From NCBI GenBank assembly GCA_041223485.1, contig JBCLQI010000005.1: a stretch of DNA of 64,000 nt. One strand, 5' to 3'. Position numbers and translations under genes: made by a program. The DNA comes from Lachnospiraceae bacterium 48-33. GTDB lineage: Bacteria; Bacillota; Clostridia; Lachnospirales; Lachnospiraceae. The notes under the pieces were generated by a model, which did no database searches, had not been told where the DNA came from, and was given only the letters and a program-made list of their open reading frames with translations. Position 1 is the first letter of the stretch. Each line of letters opens with the position of its first letter. This document shows positions 1 to 9,180 of this stretch, piece by piece.

Positions 1-233
1 ACATTATCCTGATAAAACGATGGTATGGAATGACAGGCATCTTTGATTGCCTGCTTTGTTACATTGTTAGACACATGGTTCAGCCATGCATATTCTTCTG
101 TTTTCCTTCGTTGTGTAAATTCTTTTCGCAAGTCGACGTCAGAGATAAACTTCCCACCATTTTTATAATTTTCCTGTTTTTTCGCTAATGCCCAGTTATA
201 AGCAAATCTGGATGCACCTGCATATTGAAACAT
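1..233 (-). mobile_element. Partial IS200/IS605-family TnpB (OrfB)-like gene; its N-terminal part runs off the window start
   Basis: Translating the minus strand from the ATG at 233-231 gives MFQYAGASRFAYNWALAKKQENYKNGGKFISDVDLRKEFTQRRKTEEYAWLNHVSNNVTKQAIKDACHSIPSFYQDN with no stop codon to the window edge. The motifs G(S/A)xRFxYNxxLA and EYAWL..VSxxxxQ are hallmarks of TnpB/OrfB N-termini such as ISDra2 TnpB. The upstream in-frame codons hit a TAA stop where the canonical first ~25 residues would be. The ORF track missed it because it is an edge-truncated ORF. Confidence 0.55.
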
Positions 234-892
234 CCTTGTTTCCTGTTTGGGCAAAGCTTTACTTTTATGGTTTTAATCATTTTCTGTAAGCTCCTTTATC
301 ATCCTCTTTGCCTTATCTGCACGTTTGCTTTGCAGCTTACAGCTGAATACAGTGATAATCTGTACTAAATCTTCTACAAGTTCTTCCTGTTCTGTTTTTT
401 CTGTTGTATCAACAATCTCAACCTCACAATCATATCATTTAGCGATATACTCAATCCATTCAAAAAGACCTTATCTGATTGCATGTTCCACGGCAAAAAA
501 ATATTACTAAAATGAAACAATTTCATTTTACTACAAAAATCAAAAATTAACAATATACTTTTTCTGATGATTATGTTATAATTTATTGTCAGAAAGGCAT
601 AATTACATCGCCGAAGTAAATAAATCAAAAAATCTAGGAAAGGAAAAGCTGTTTAGATGAAAACCCATAAAAACACGCAGACAGGTGGTTATGGGTATAT
701 ACCGATGGCTCAAGTCATTAATCAAGATAGATAACGCTGGTCGGGAATTTACGGCTGTGGAGTGTACCTGAACCTGTAAGTAATTGAAATATAACGAAAG
801 CATACACGATGAAACAGCAAGAACAAATCGCGAGATTGTTCCGAATCATCTAGCATATACATTGTTGTATATGTCTTTAGTAGCAGGTACTT

Positions 893-1423
893 ATGTTTGG
901 AAAAACCAAGAAAAAATCACAAAAGCAGTTAGACGAATTATGCTATGAAGTGGACATTTTCATTCAAGTACACTTCGTACGTGAACGCGGCAATGAACGT
1001 TACAAATTTAATACTCTTATTTTAAAGGACGACCCAAAGCGTCAGGAGCTTCAGGAATTTCTTACACAGAACAACAATCCGGAAAAGTTTTCAGATTTAT
1101 GTATACTGTTCCTGCAAAAAAGTGGAAAAGATGAAACCACTGTCTGTGACAAGGCGCATCTTGATAAAGGATATTTTTCAAATATACGAAGTTCAGACTC
1201 CTTTCTTCCTTCTAAAAGTGAAGCTGTCGCTCTCTGCCTTGCAATGAGGCTGAATATCGAGGAAGCGAGAGTATTATTAAAATCTGCTGGTCATGGTCTG
1301 AGCAATTCTGAAAAGGCAGACCTTACGGTGAGATATTTTATTGAAAATGATTTGTATAACATAGATGAATTAAACTATGTTCTTGAAAAACTTTGTGATA
1401 CTGTATTAGAAAAAATATCATAA
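893..1423 (+). CDS. Hypothetical protein (176 aa), function unknown
   Basis: Clean ORF after a ~290 nt AT-rich leader. No motif I recognise and no HUH motif, so it is not an IS200 TnpA. Lys/Glu-rich with no signal peptide. Confidence 0.4.
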   Translation: MFGKTKKKSQKQLDELCYEVDIFIQVHFVRERGNERYKFNTLILKDDPKRQELQEFLTQNNNPEKFSDLCILFLQKSGKDETTVCDKAHLDKGYFSNIRSSDSFLPSKSEAVALCLAMRLNIEEARVLLKSAGHGLSNSEKADLTVRYFIENDLYNIDELNYVLEKLCDTVLEKIS

Positions 1424-1540
1424 AATATAACCAGTCAAATACTGATTTGTTGATTTTACTAATTATAGAAGACAGGAATAACGCTTTCTTATCCCTGTCT
1501 TCTTTTTCTGTTTTTTAATTGTTCTGAATCCGAATTTATC

Positions 1541-2632
1541 TTATGCCTGTTTTGGCGTAATATATCCCATTGCCTTTAACATTTCTGCCGAAAGAACCGC
1601 TCCGCCTGCCGCACCGCGCAGAGTATTATGAGATAAACCTACAAATTTGAAATCATATACACTGTCTTCTCTTAAACGCCCGACAGAAATACCCATTCCA
1701 TTTTCAAAATCAACATCAAGCTTTACCTGCGGTCTGTTATCTTCTTCAAGATACTGGATAAACTGCTTTGGTGCGCTTGGGAGGTTTAATTCCTGCGGAC
1801 GTCCCTGATAGGAAACCAATTTTTCTATCAGCTCTTCTTTTGTCGGTTTCTTCTTAAACTTTACAAATACTGCCGCTGTATGTCCGTCCGCAATAGGAAC
1901 ACGTATACATTGTGTAGTAATCACAGGCAGCTCAGCTTTTTTAATAACGCCGTCTTCTATTTTTCCCCAGAGTCTTAATGGTTCCTGTTCACTTTTTTCC
2001 TCTTCTCCACCGATATATGGAATAATATTTCCTTCCATTTCCGGCCAGTCCTGAAAGGTCTTTCCGGCACCGGAAATTGCCTGATATGTGGTAGCGACTA
2101 CTTCTACCGGTTCAAATTCTTTCCATGCATGCAGAACAGGTGCATAGCTTTGAATAGAACAGTTTGGCTTTACTGCCACAAAACCTCTCTTTGTCCCCAG
2201 TCTTTCTTTCTGATACCGAATAACTTCATAGTGCTCAGGATTTATTTCAGGAACTACCATTGGAACATCTGGTGTCCACCTGTGTGCACTGTTGTTTGAT
2301 ACTACCGGTGTTTCTGTCTTGGCATATGCTTCTTCTATTTTCTTAATTTCATCTTTTGTCATATCAACAGCACTGAATACAAAATCAACTTTCGAAGCTA
2401 CTTCTTCGACTTCGTTTACATTCATTACAATCAAATTTTTTACTGCTTCCGGCATAGGGGTCTTCATCTTCCATCTGCTGCCTGCTGCCTCCTCATAGGT
2501 TCTTCCAGCAGAACGCGGACTTGCCGCTACTGCTACTACTTCAAACCATGGGTGATTTTCAAGCAGTGATATAAATCTTTGCCCAACCATACCTGTTGCA
2601 CCTAAAATACCTACTTTTAATTTTTGTTCCAT
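1541..2632 (-). CDS. asd: Aspartate-semialdehyde dehydrogenase
   Basis: N-terminal Rossmann motif GILGATGMVGQRF, 363 aa, and the overall Asd pattern including the CSIQ active-site Cys region (NCSIQSY). Confidence 0.9.
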   Translation of the reverse strand: MEQKLKVGILGATGMVGQRFISLLENHPWFEVVAVAASPRSAGRTYEEAAGSRWKMKTPMPEAVKNLIVMNVNEVEEVASKVDFVFSAVDMTKDEIKKIEEAYAKTETPVVSNNSAHRWTPDVPMVVPEINPEHYEVIRYQKERLGTKRGFVAVKPNCSIQSYAPVLHAWKEFEPVEVVATTYQAISGAGKTFQDWPEMEGNIIPYIGGEEEKSEQEPLRLWGKIEDGVIKKAELPVITTQCIRVPIADGHTAAVFVKFKKKPTKEELIEKLVSYQGRPQELNLPSAPKQFIQYLEEDNRPQVKLDVDFENGMGISVGRLREDSVYDFKFVGLSHNTLRGAAGGAVLSAEMLKAMGYITPKQA

Positions 2633-2856
2633 TTCTAAATCCCTCTATTCTTTTTATATAATATGTTCTTCTTTTGTATTTGTTCGCCTTGTGCGGACAT
2701 TTGTACGTGAACATAGACTATACTATATCATATTATTAAAAAAATGCAAGTGTTTTTTCGAATAAATATTTAAAACCGGTCAATAATTCCCTATATGCTT
2801 CTTTATATATTTCCTTATGTACTTTCTTGTATGAAAAAAATCGAAAGGATATAATT

Positions 2857-4236
2857 ATGATAGACAACCGTATTAACCAGATAAACCAAACTCTGCGTGT
2901 AGAAGAAAGTTTCGACTTGATTTACCGCACCCTTACCATAGGTGAAAAAGTTTCCTGTATTTATTTTATTGACGGCTTTGTAAAGGATGACATTATGCAG
3001 AAAATTTTAGATTCCTTTAGCAGCATAAAAAAGGAAGATTTGACAGATGCCCATACCTTTTTAAAGCAGAATCTTCCTTATGTAGAAGTGGACATGACTT
3101 CTGATATGGAAACTTTTAAAACCAGCATTCTCACTGGTATTACAGGACTTGTGATTGATGGCTTTGAAGAGCTTATTTTAATCGACTGCCGAAGCTATCC
3201 AGCAAGAAGTGTGGAAGAACCTGACAAAGATAAGGTATTAAGAGGTTCAAGAGATGGCTTTGTAGAAACTATTGTATCTAATGCGGCTTTGATTCGCAGG
3301 CGCATCCGTGATGAACATCTCACATTTTCCATGATGAATGCCGGAACTGCTTCTAAAACAGATATTGCTGTCTGCTATATGGATAATAAAGTAGATAAAA
3401 AGCTTCTGGAAGAAATCAAAAAAAGAATCAACAAAATCGATGCAGAGGCACTTACCATGAATCAGGAAAGCCTTGCAGAATGTCTCTATAAAGGTAAATG
3501 GCTGAATCCTCTGCCGAAATTCAAATATTCCGAACGTCCGGACACGGCGGCTTCTGCTATTTTGGAGGGACATATCGTGATACTGGTGGATAATTCTCCA
3601 TCCTCCATGATTCTGCCGACCAGCTTTTTTGATATTATCGAGGAGGCTGATGATTATTATTTTCCTCCGGTTACAGCGACTTATCTTCGTTTTACACGGG
3701 TAGTTATTACATTGATTACGCTGTTTCTTACCCCTCTTTTTCTGTTGTTTTTTAATCATCCGGAATGGATTCCCAAAAATTTTGAATTTATTATTATTCA
3801 GGATGATATAAATGTGCCTGTCTTTTGGCAGTTTTTAATTCTTGAGCTTGCGATAGACGGACTAAAGCTTGCGGCAGTCAATACGCCGAATATGCTGAAT
3901 ACACCTCTCAGCATTATTGCCGGTATATTGCTTAGTGACAGTGCAGTAGAATCAGGGTGGTTTAATAATGAGTGTCTTTTATACATGGCATTTGCAGCAT
4001 TTGGTACCTATACCATGCAAAGTTTTGAATTTGGGTATGCCATAAAATTTTTCCGGCTGATGCTGCTGGTTTTAACGCAACTTTTCCACCTGTGGGGATT
4101 TTCAGCCGGAACCATATTTATTATTGTATTTATGTTTGCAAACAAAACGATTTCCAAAGAAAGCTATATGAAACCACTGTTTCCTCTAAATATAAAGGAA
4201 CTTGCAAATAAATTTGTTCGTTTTCAGAAGCATTAG
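2857..4236 (+). CDS. Spore germination protein, GerA/GerKA (A-subunit) family
   Basis: Carries the conserved GerAA-family core RPDTAASAILEGHIVILVDNSPSSMILPTSFF followed by C-terminal membrane helices. The likely true start is the ATG at 2857 (MIDNRINQ), preceded by an AAAGGA ribosome-binding site; the ORF track starts at 2827. No gerAB or gerAC partner genes are adjacent. Confidence 0.8.
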   Translation: MIDNRINQINQTLRVEESFDLIYRTLTIGEKVSCIYFIDGFVKDDIMQKILDSFSSIKKEDLTDAHTFLKQNLPYVEVDMTSDMETFKTSILTGITGLVIDGFEELILIDCRSYPARSVEEPDKDKVLRGSRDGFVETIVSNAALIRRRIRDEHLTFSMMNAGTASKTDIAVCYMDNKVDKKLLEEIKKRINKIDAEALTMNQESLAECLYKGKWLNPLPKFKYSERPDTAASAILEGHIVILVDNSPSSMILPTSFFDIIEEADDYYFPPVTATYLRFTRVVITLITLFLTPLFLLFFNHPEWIPKNFEFIIIQDDINVPVFWQFLILELAIDGLKLAAVNTPNMLNTPLSIIAGILLSDSAVESGWFNNECLLYMAFAAFGTYTMQSFEFGYAIKFFRLMLLVLTQLFHLWGFSAGTIFIIVFMFANKTISKESYMKPLFPLNIKELANKFVRFQKH

Positions 4237-6026
4237 TTTCCAAGCTGATTCAGATACCATTTACCGCTTTCAGAAAAATCATCATAGGAAAAACCACCTG
4301 TTTTTCCACAGGAACTGTTCAGTAAAGAGGAGGATTCCGCTTTGTTGGACAGATTCCATGCTACATAGCTTATGCCATAGGAATTTAACAAATTCATCCA
4401 TTGTCCTGCTGAACCGGTATCGTTCCATCCATTGCCGGAAGCCTCGCAAATACTAAATTCCGATACAAAAATCGGCAGTCCCTGATTATATGCAGATATC
4501 AGCTTGTTTCTCAAAGAATCCTTATGGGTAGCCGCATAGAAATGCAGGGCATACATAATATTGGAATATCTGGAAGGGTCTAACGGATTGGCTGCCACTA
4601 CATCTACATCCTGCGACCATGTAGGAGTTCCCACAATAATAACCGCATTAGCGTCGTTGGAACGAATAATATTTATCACACGTTCCGCATAGGTTTTAAT
4701 ATCATTGCCACTGCCGTCATACCATGCTACTCCACTGTTTGGCTCATTACAGATTTCATAGATAATATTTCCCTGACCGGCATATTGTGAGGATATTTCA
4801 TTGAAGAAGCTCACGGCCTGTTCTATATAAGTATTTGGGTTTCTGTCATTTAAGACATGCCAGTCTACAATTACATACATATCCTGCTCAGTTGCATATT
4901 GGATTCCCTGTCTTACAAGTGCTTTCAAAGAAGACTGGTCTCCGCCGCTGCAATAACCGTTATATTCACTTGTATACAATGCAAGTCTTATGGTATTTAC
5001 TCCAAAAGAGCGCAGAGAAGAAAATGCATCTGCATTGACATACTCCGGAAACCAGCTAAGACCATGTGTGCTCACACCTTTTAGCTGAATCGGGGTGCCG
5101 TTTTTATCACATAAGGAGGTGCCTGAAACATGCAAAGCTCCATGCTCACTGTAAAATCCAGAAACAACCGGCGTGGAAGGAGGATTTGGCGGCTGTGGAA
5201 CCGTTTGATTCGGCCCAGAAGGATTTGATGCTCCACCCTGTGAGCCTCCTGAATTATTTATACTGTAAGAAGATACGGAAGCGTAGCTTCCAGAGTATAT
5301 AATAAATCCAAGATTTTTTGTTTCCTGTGGATTGATTTCATTTGTATAATCTACGGGAGCTATATTAAGCTGTGTTCCTGACGAGGTCAGAGTTCCGCCC
5401 CAGCTGTCGGAAATTGTGATTTCTGTTGTAAAATCCAGATTTAACTGCCAACCGGCAATTTTCTGTCCAGTAGGGTTTGTCAGGTCGATGCTGTATTGTA
5501 CATAGGTTTGGCCGTTGCTTTCCCAGCTGTTTACGGCAGATATATTGACATTTATCTGCGCTGCTTCACCTGATGAATTTCCTCCCTGTGAATTTCCACC
5601 AGAGGAATTATTGCCAGCCGAGTTGCCGCCAGCCGAATTTCCACCTTGTGGATTTCCTTCTGTGGAAGACGGGACTGATGAACCAGTTGGATTTTCGCTT
5701 CCATTTCCAGACGGAGCTTCTGTATTTTCTAAAGTATTTTCTGGGCTGGTTTCATTTTCTGTTGCGTCGTCAGTGGTTTCACTGTCTGTTATATGTTCGT
5801 TTTCTGTCGTACTGTCAGTTTTTTCAATTATCTCTTTTTTTTCAGCATCTGTTGGTGAAGCAGTTTCACGTGCTGGTACACTGCTGTTGACAGCAGTGTC
5901 TCTGGAAAGCACAATGAACAACAGAATAATGCATATTATAGAAACCAGCAGACAGGATAGAAAAATACCCATATTCAATTTTGAAGCTGCCAGTTTTTCT
6001 TTTAATTTTTCTATTAAATTTTTCAT
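4233..6026 (-). CDS. Membrane-anchored endo-1,4-beta-glucanase, GH5 (subfamily-2-like), with a Ser/Thr/Gly-rich linker and a CBM2-like module
   Basis: Catalytic-domain motifs HGLSWFPEYVN, VIVDWHVL and IIYEICNEPN (catalytic acid in NEP) are typical of GH5 cellulases. There is an N-terminal transmembrane anchor, a tandem GGNSxGGNS low-complexity linker, and a CBM2-like segment (NSWESNGQTYVQYSIDLTN...GWQLNLDF). Confidence 0.85.
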   Translation of the reverse strand: MKNLIEKLKEKLAASKLNMGIFLSCLLVSIICIILLFIVLSRDTAVNSSVPARETASPTDAEKKEIIEKTDSTTENEHITDSETTDDATENETSPENTLENTEAPSGNGSENPTGSSVPSSTEGNPQGGNSAGGNSAGNNSSGGNSQGGNSSGEAAQINVNISAVNSWESNGQTYVQYSIDLTNPTGQKIAGWQLNLDFTTEITISDSWGGTLTSSGTQLNIAPVDYTNEINPQETKNLGFIIYSGSYASVSSYSINNSGGSQGGASNPSGPNQTVPQPPNPPSTPVVSGFYSEHGALHVSGTSLCDKNGTPIQLKGVSTHGLSWFPEYVNADAFSSLRSFGVNTIRLALYTSEYNGYCSGGDQSSLKALVRQGIQYATEQDMYVIVDWHVLNDRNPNTYIEQAVSFFNEISSQYAGQGNIIYEICNEPNSGVAWYDGSGNDIKTYAERVINIIRSNDANAVIIVGTPTWSQDVDVVAANPLDPSRYSNIMYALHFYAATHKDSLRNKLISAYNQGLPIFVSEFSICEASGNGWNDTGSAGQWMNLLNSYGISYVAWNLSNKAESSSLLNSSCGKTGGFSYDDFSESGKWYLNQLGN

Positions 6027-6119
6027 TACAGATTTTCCTTTTTATATATTTTTCTTTTTAATAAAAATAGTCTTTACAACTATATTTTATATCTATTTTT
6101 CTATATGGTTAATAATCTT

Positions 6120-6881
6120 TTAATTTATAGGCGAACCACAAAAATCACATTCCACAATTCTACCTGTCATAACTCGGTTCATACCGCCACAATTTGGACA
6201 TTTCACTATTTTTTCTCTTGGCGACACTGATGCTGGTGTCGTCGTTTGATGAGTATAGCTTCTGTTTGATGTCATTGTTTGGTGAACAGAACTTCTGTTT
6301 TGTGTTGCTGTCGTTGCTTGGGCAGTTTGAACAGGCTGATTTACTGCAGATGAAACAGGATAAGAAGTTATTGAAGATGGTACAGGCTGAACATTATTAA
6401 GAATGACAATTTCACGATTTTCCGAATTAATATATATTTCATCAAAATAAAATTTATCTATCATCTTCTGTAATTCTTTTACTGTTTTTTTATAGCTTAA
6501 TCCTGCCTGTGCTGCAATATTTTCTAAGCTTCTTTCATTATGGTTTATAATAATATCTTTGAATATAATATAGTGTTTGTCAAATTTCTCCATATTTTTA
6601 GAAGAATACACCATAAGTCCTCCAAAAATTAAATAACTTAAAAATGTTTCAAGAAAAGCCTTGGTATTTTGATTTGTTTTACTGCCTATAAGTCCTATAA
6701 GCATACAAGCAGCACCAACCAGACAAAAGTAGCCAAATCCCTTTAAGACTTTTCTGAATTTCCTTGCAGTCCCTCTATTAAATTTCACTCTCTTACAAAA
6801 AAAGAATATGCCAACAGGCCAAAAGAGGATAGTCCAAAGGATTATTTTCTGGCATGATGGTATTTCTATTCTATTTTGCAT
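6120..6881 (-). CDS. Membrane protein with a C-terminal zinc ribbon (CPNCG...CDFCG); third gene of the SPFH operon
   Basis: N-terminal transmembrane helices, a cytoplasmic domain, and a terminal CxxC-x13-CxxC zinc ribbon. It lies 12 bp downstream of the preceding gene on the same strand. Confidence 0.5.
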   Translation of the reverse strand: MQNRIEIPSCQKIILWTILFWPVGIFFFCKRVKFNRGTARKFRKVLKGFGYFCLVGAACMLIGLIGSKTNQNTKAFLETFLSYLIFGGLMVYSSKNMEKFDKHYIIFKDIIINHNERSLENIAAQAGLSYKKTVKELQKMIDKFYFDEIYINSENREIVILNNVQPVPSSITSYPVSSAVNQPVQTAQATTATQNRSSVHQTMTSNRSYTHQTTTPASVSPREKIVKCPNCGGMNRVMTGRIVECDFCGSPIN

Positions 6882-6893
6882 AATACTTACCTC

Positions 6894-7580
6894 CTATATA
6901 CTACCCTGTTTTAAATTTCTTACCTGTAAATTTCTTTTTGTAATCAAAAAATCAATTTCTTGTATTTGTTTATTAAATTCTGATATATCAACTTCTTGTA
7001 TTTTAATTGTATTTTCTAAATTTAAAATGGCACTATTTAATTCCTTATCTGCATGAACCGTCGCAGATTTATCAGAATATTTAATTTTGTCTATTAATTT
7101 ATCAATATCAGCTTTTTTATCAATGAATTCTTTTATTAATGTAAGTCTGTCTATAAACTCCTGAACCCGTAAATCTGCCTGTAAAATTTCTGTATCTCTT
7201 TCTTTTGCGGTTTTAGATGCATTTGCAGTAACAAGCGCAATTCCAGCAGTGATAACCAATAGTATAATTTGAAAAATCAAAAATCTGCGAGGATAAGAAT
7301 CTAAAAAATTTATGTAAATAAGAGAGGATAAAAATACAATTATTGCATATCCCTCAACAGGAATTCCTACTCCTGCTCTGGTCATAATCTGAGAAGATTT
7401 ATCAGCTAAATATTCAACAACCACAAAACCTCCAAAAAATACCAATTCAGAGTACAATAAAAAACATATTCCCAATGTTGTTGAAAGATAAATTTCTATC
7501 TCTGCAATGACAAATATCATACATGTTGCTACAAATACTATACTGCCAATTATAATCGAAATTTTTGCTCTTCTATTCAT
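6894..7580 (-). CDS. Membrane protein with a C-terminal coiled-coil; second gene of the SPFH operon
   Basis: Four predicted transmembrane helices followed by a K/E/I-rich heptad-like region. Separated from the SPFH gene by 3 bp. Confidence 0.45.
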   Translation of the reverse strand: MNRRAKISIIIGSIVFVATCMIFVIAEIEIYLSTTLGICFLLYSELVFFGGFVVVEYLADKSSQIMTRAGVGIPVEGYAIIVFLSSLIYINFLDSYPRRFLIFQIILLVITAGIALVTANASKTAKERDTEILQADLRVQEFIDRLTLIKEFIDKKADIDKLIDKIKYSDKSATVHADKELNSAILNLENTIKIQEVDISEFNKQIQEIDFLITKRNLQVRNLKQGSI

Positions 7581-7583
7581 ATA

Positions 7584-8879
7584 TTACCTCAACTTTTCTC
7601 CACAGTTTGCGCAAAATTTAGGTTCTCCATCAATTTCCATTCCACAGCTTGGACAGGTTTTTGATACACATTCCCCACATTCTGGACAAAATTTAATCTT
7701 CCCTGAAAAAGCTGTACCACATTTTGGGCATTTTTTTGGAAGCTCATAGTTACATTTCTTGCAGAAAGTATCCTCTTCATTCATATCTGCTCCACACTCT
7801 GGACATGGAATATATTTTTTACCACATTCCGGACAAAATTTTGAACCGTTAGTTACTGCTCCGCACTTGGAACAATAAATTACCTTTTTATCTGATGTTT
7901 CTTTTTTGGATTCTTTCATATCATATCCGCAAGAACCGCAGAAACGCTGTCCTTTGGGCAGTTTCACATGACATTTTGGACATTCTGATAAATTATCCGC
8001 GGAATTTCCAAAAACCATCTGATTTGTCATATTAGACATTGCTCCTCCAAGGCCAACACCCATTCCAAGACCCATTCCGGCTCCCATAAATGGTGCTGTT
8101 CCGGTACCGCGGTTTCTTGCTGCTGACTGCATAGTGTCAAATGAACGCTCCTGCTGATAATTATATCCAATAAGATTCATTTCTGCCCTTTTTGCCAAAG
8201 CCTGCTTTAGTCTTATAACGGCTAAATCTTCTTCTGGAACACTGATTTCATTTACATAAAAATTAACCAGTTTTATACCATATTTCTCCATTTCTGGCTC
8301 AATACATTCTTTGATGCTTTCTGATAATTCATTTAAATAAACATTGATTTCTAGTACACTTACAGATTTTTCCACTATATAAGTAGATATCGCATCTTTT
8401 ACTTTTGTAACATATATACCTCTAAAATACTGAACAATACTTTTTTTATCAAATATTGTCATTGTTCCTACTAATTTAATAAGAAATTTCTTTGAGTCCT
8501 CAATCTGAATCCCGAAAATACCGTTAGAACGTACTGGAAGAAATACTCCATATTTTGGGTCCTGTATTTGAATCGGAGAAGCTGTTCCCCATTTAATATC
8601 TAATTTAAACAGCTTGTTCACATACCATACTTCGGCTGTAAATGGAGACCTTTTACCAAATGGCAGATTAATAATATGATTTAATAGCGGGATATTTTGG
8701 GTACTTAGAGTATGTCTTCCACTCGGAAAAACATCCAGTGCCTTTCCACCCTTATAAAGAACTGCTTCTTGTGATTCATTTACAATTAATTGTGTCCATG
8801 TGCCAAGTTCTTCACTTGGATATTTCCATGCAAATACATCAGGAGCCCCATTGTATTTTACTACTTCAATTACTGCCAT
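7584..8879 (-). CDS. SPFH/band-7 domain protein (COG4260-like) fused to a Gly/Met-rich linker and five C-terminal zinc-ribbon repeats
   Basis: N-terminal ~260 aa resembles YdjI-like SPFH proteins (COG4260, 'virion core protein' family). It is followed by GAGMGLGMGVGLGG and then repeated CPKCxxxxPxxxxFCxxCG modules. Confidence 0.8.
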   Translation of the reverse strand: MAVIEVVKYNGAPDVFAWKYPSEELGTWTQLIVNESQEAVLYKGGKALDVFPSGRHTLSTQNIPLLNHIINLPFGKRSPFTAEVWYVNKLFKLDIKWGTASPIQIQDPKYGVFLPVRSNGIFGIQIEDSKKFLIKLVGTMTIFDKKSIVQYFRGIYVTKVKDAISTYIVEKSVSVLEINVYLNELSESIKECIEPEMEKYGIKLVNFYVNEISVPEEDLAVIRLKQALAKRAEMNLIGYNYQQERSFDTMQSAARNRGTGTAPFMGAGMGLGMGVGLGGAMSNMTNQMVFGNSADNLSECPKCHVKLPKGQRFCGSCGYDMKESKKETSDKKVIYCSKCGAVTNGSKFCPECGKKYIPCPECGADMNEEDTFCKKCNYELPKKCPKCGTAFSGKIKFCPECGECVSKTCPSCGMEIDGEPKFCANCGEKLR

Positions 8880-8949
8880 TACTTATCCTCCTCAAGTTTC
8901 TTATTATTTTATATTTTTTCTTTGTATTTATTTTTTTAATTATAAATAT

Positions 8950-9180
8950 TTATTCCCATTTTGCAAATAAGGTACAGCTTCCGCTTTTGTGATACATCTC
9001 AATTGTTTTTTCCAGACGTTCCCGCTCAACTCTAAGATATGCCGCCTGACAGTCAAGACACATAAATTCTTTTGACGCTTTTCCAAACAGCTTTCTATGC
9101 AGAGCTATCTCATCAGACATCAGCTTTGCTTTGCAGGTTTTGCATAAATATTCCGTCACCTTACAGATACCACTCTGCAT
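8950..9180 (-). CDS. Small CxxC zinc-ribbon protein (76 aa), function unknown
   Basis: Motifs CKTCK...CLDCQ. Its 5' end overlaps the 3' end of the GH27 gene by 25 nt, so the start codon is uncertain. Confidence 0.35.
   Translation of the reverse strand: MQSGICKVTEYLCKTCKAKLMSDEIALHRKLFGKASKEFMCLDCQAAYLRVERERLEKTIEMYHKSGSCTLFAKWE

Noticed and set aside
325-803. Several 60-84-aa ORFs on both strands in the AT-rich region after the TnpB fragment
   Set aside because: Overlapping, low-complexity, no ribosome-binding sites. Typical chance ORFs in AT-rich intergenic DNA.
893-1423. Possible IS200 TnpA (Y1 HUH transposase) partner for the TnpB fragment
   Set aside because: No HUH (HxH) or catalytic Tyr motif pattern. 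The composition does not fit TnpA.
5515-6123. 202-aa plus-strand ORF (PPAEFPP repeats) antisense to the GH5 gene
   Set aside because: It is the reverse-complement reading of the repetitive GGNS linker and the N-terminal region of a well-supported cellulase gene.
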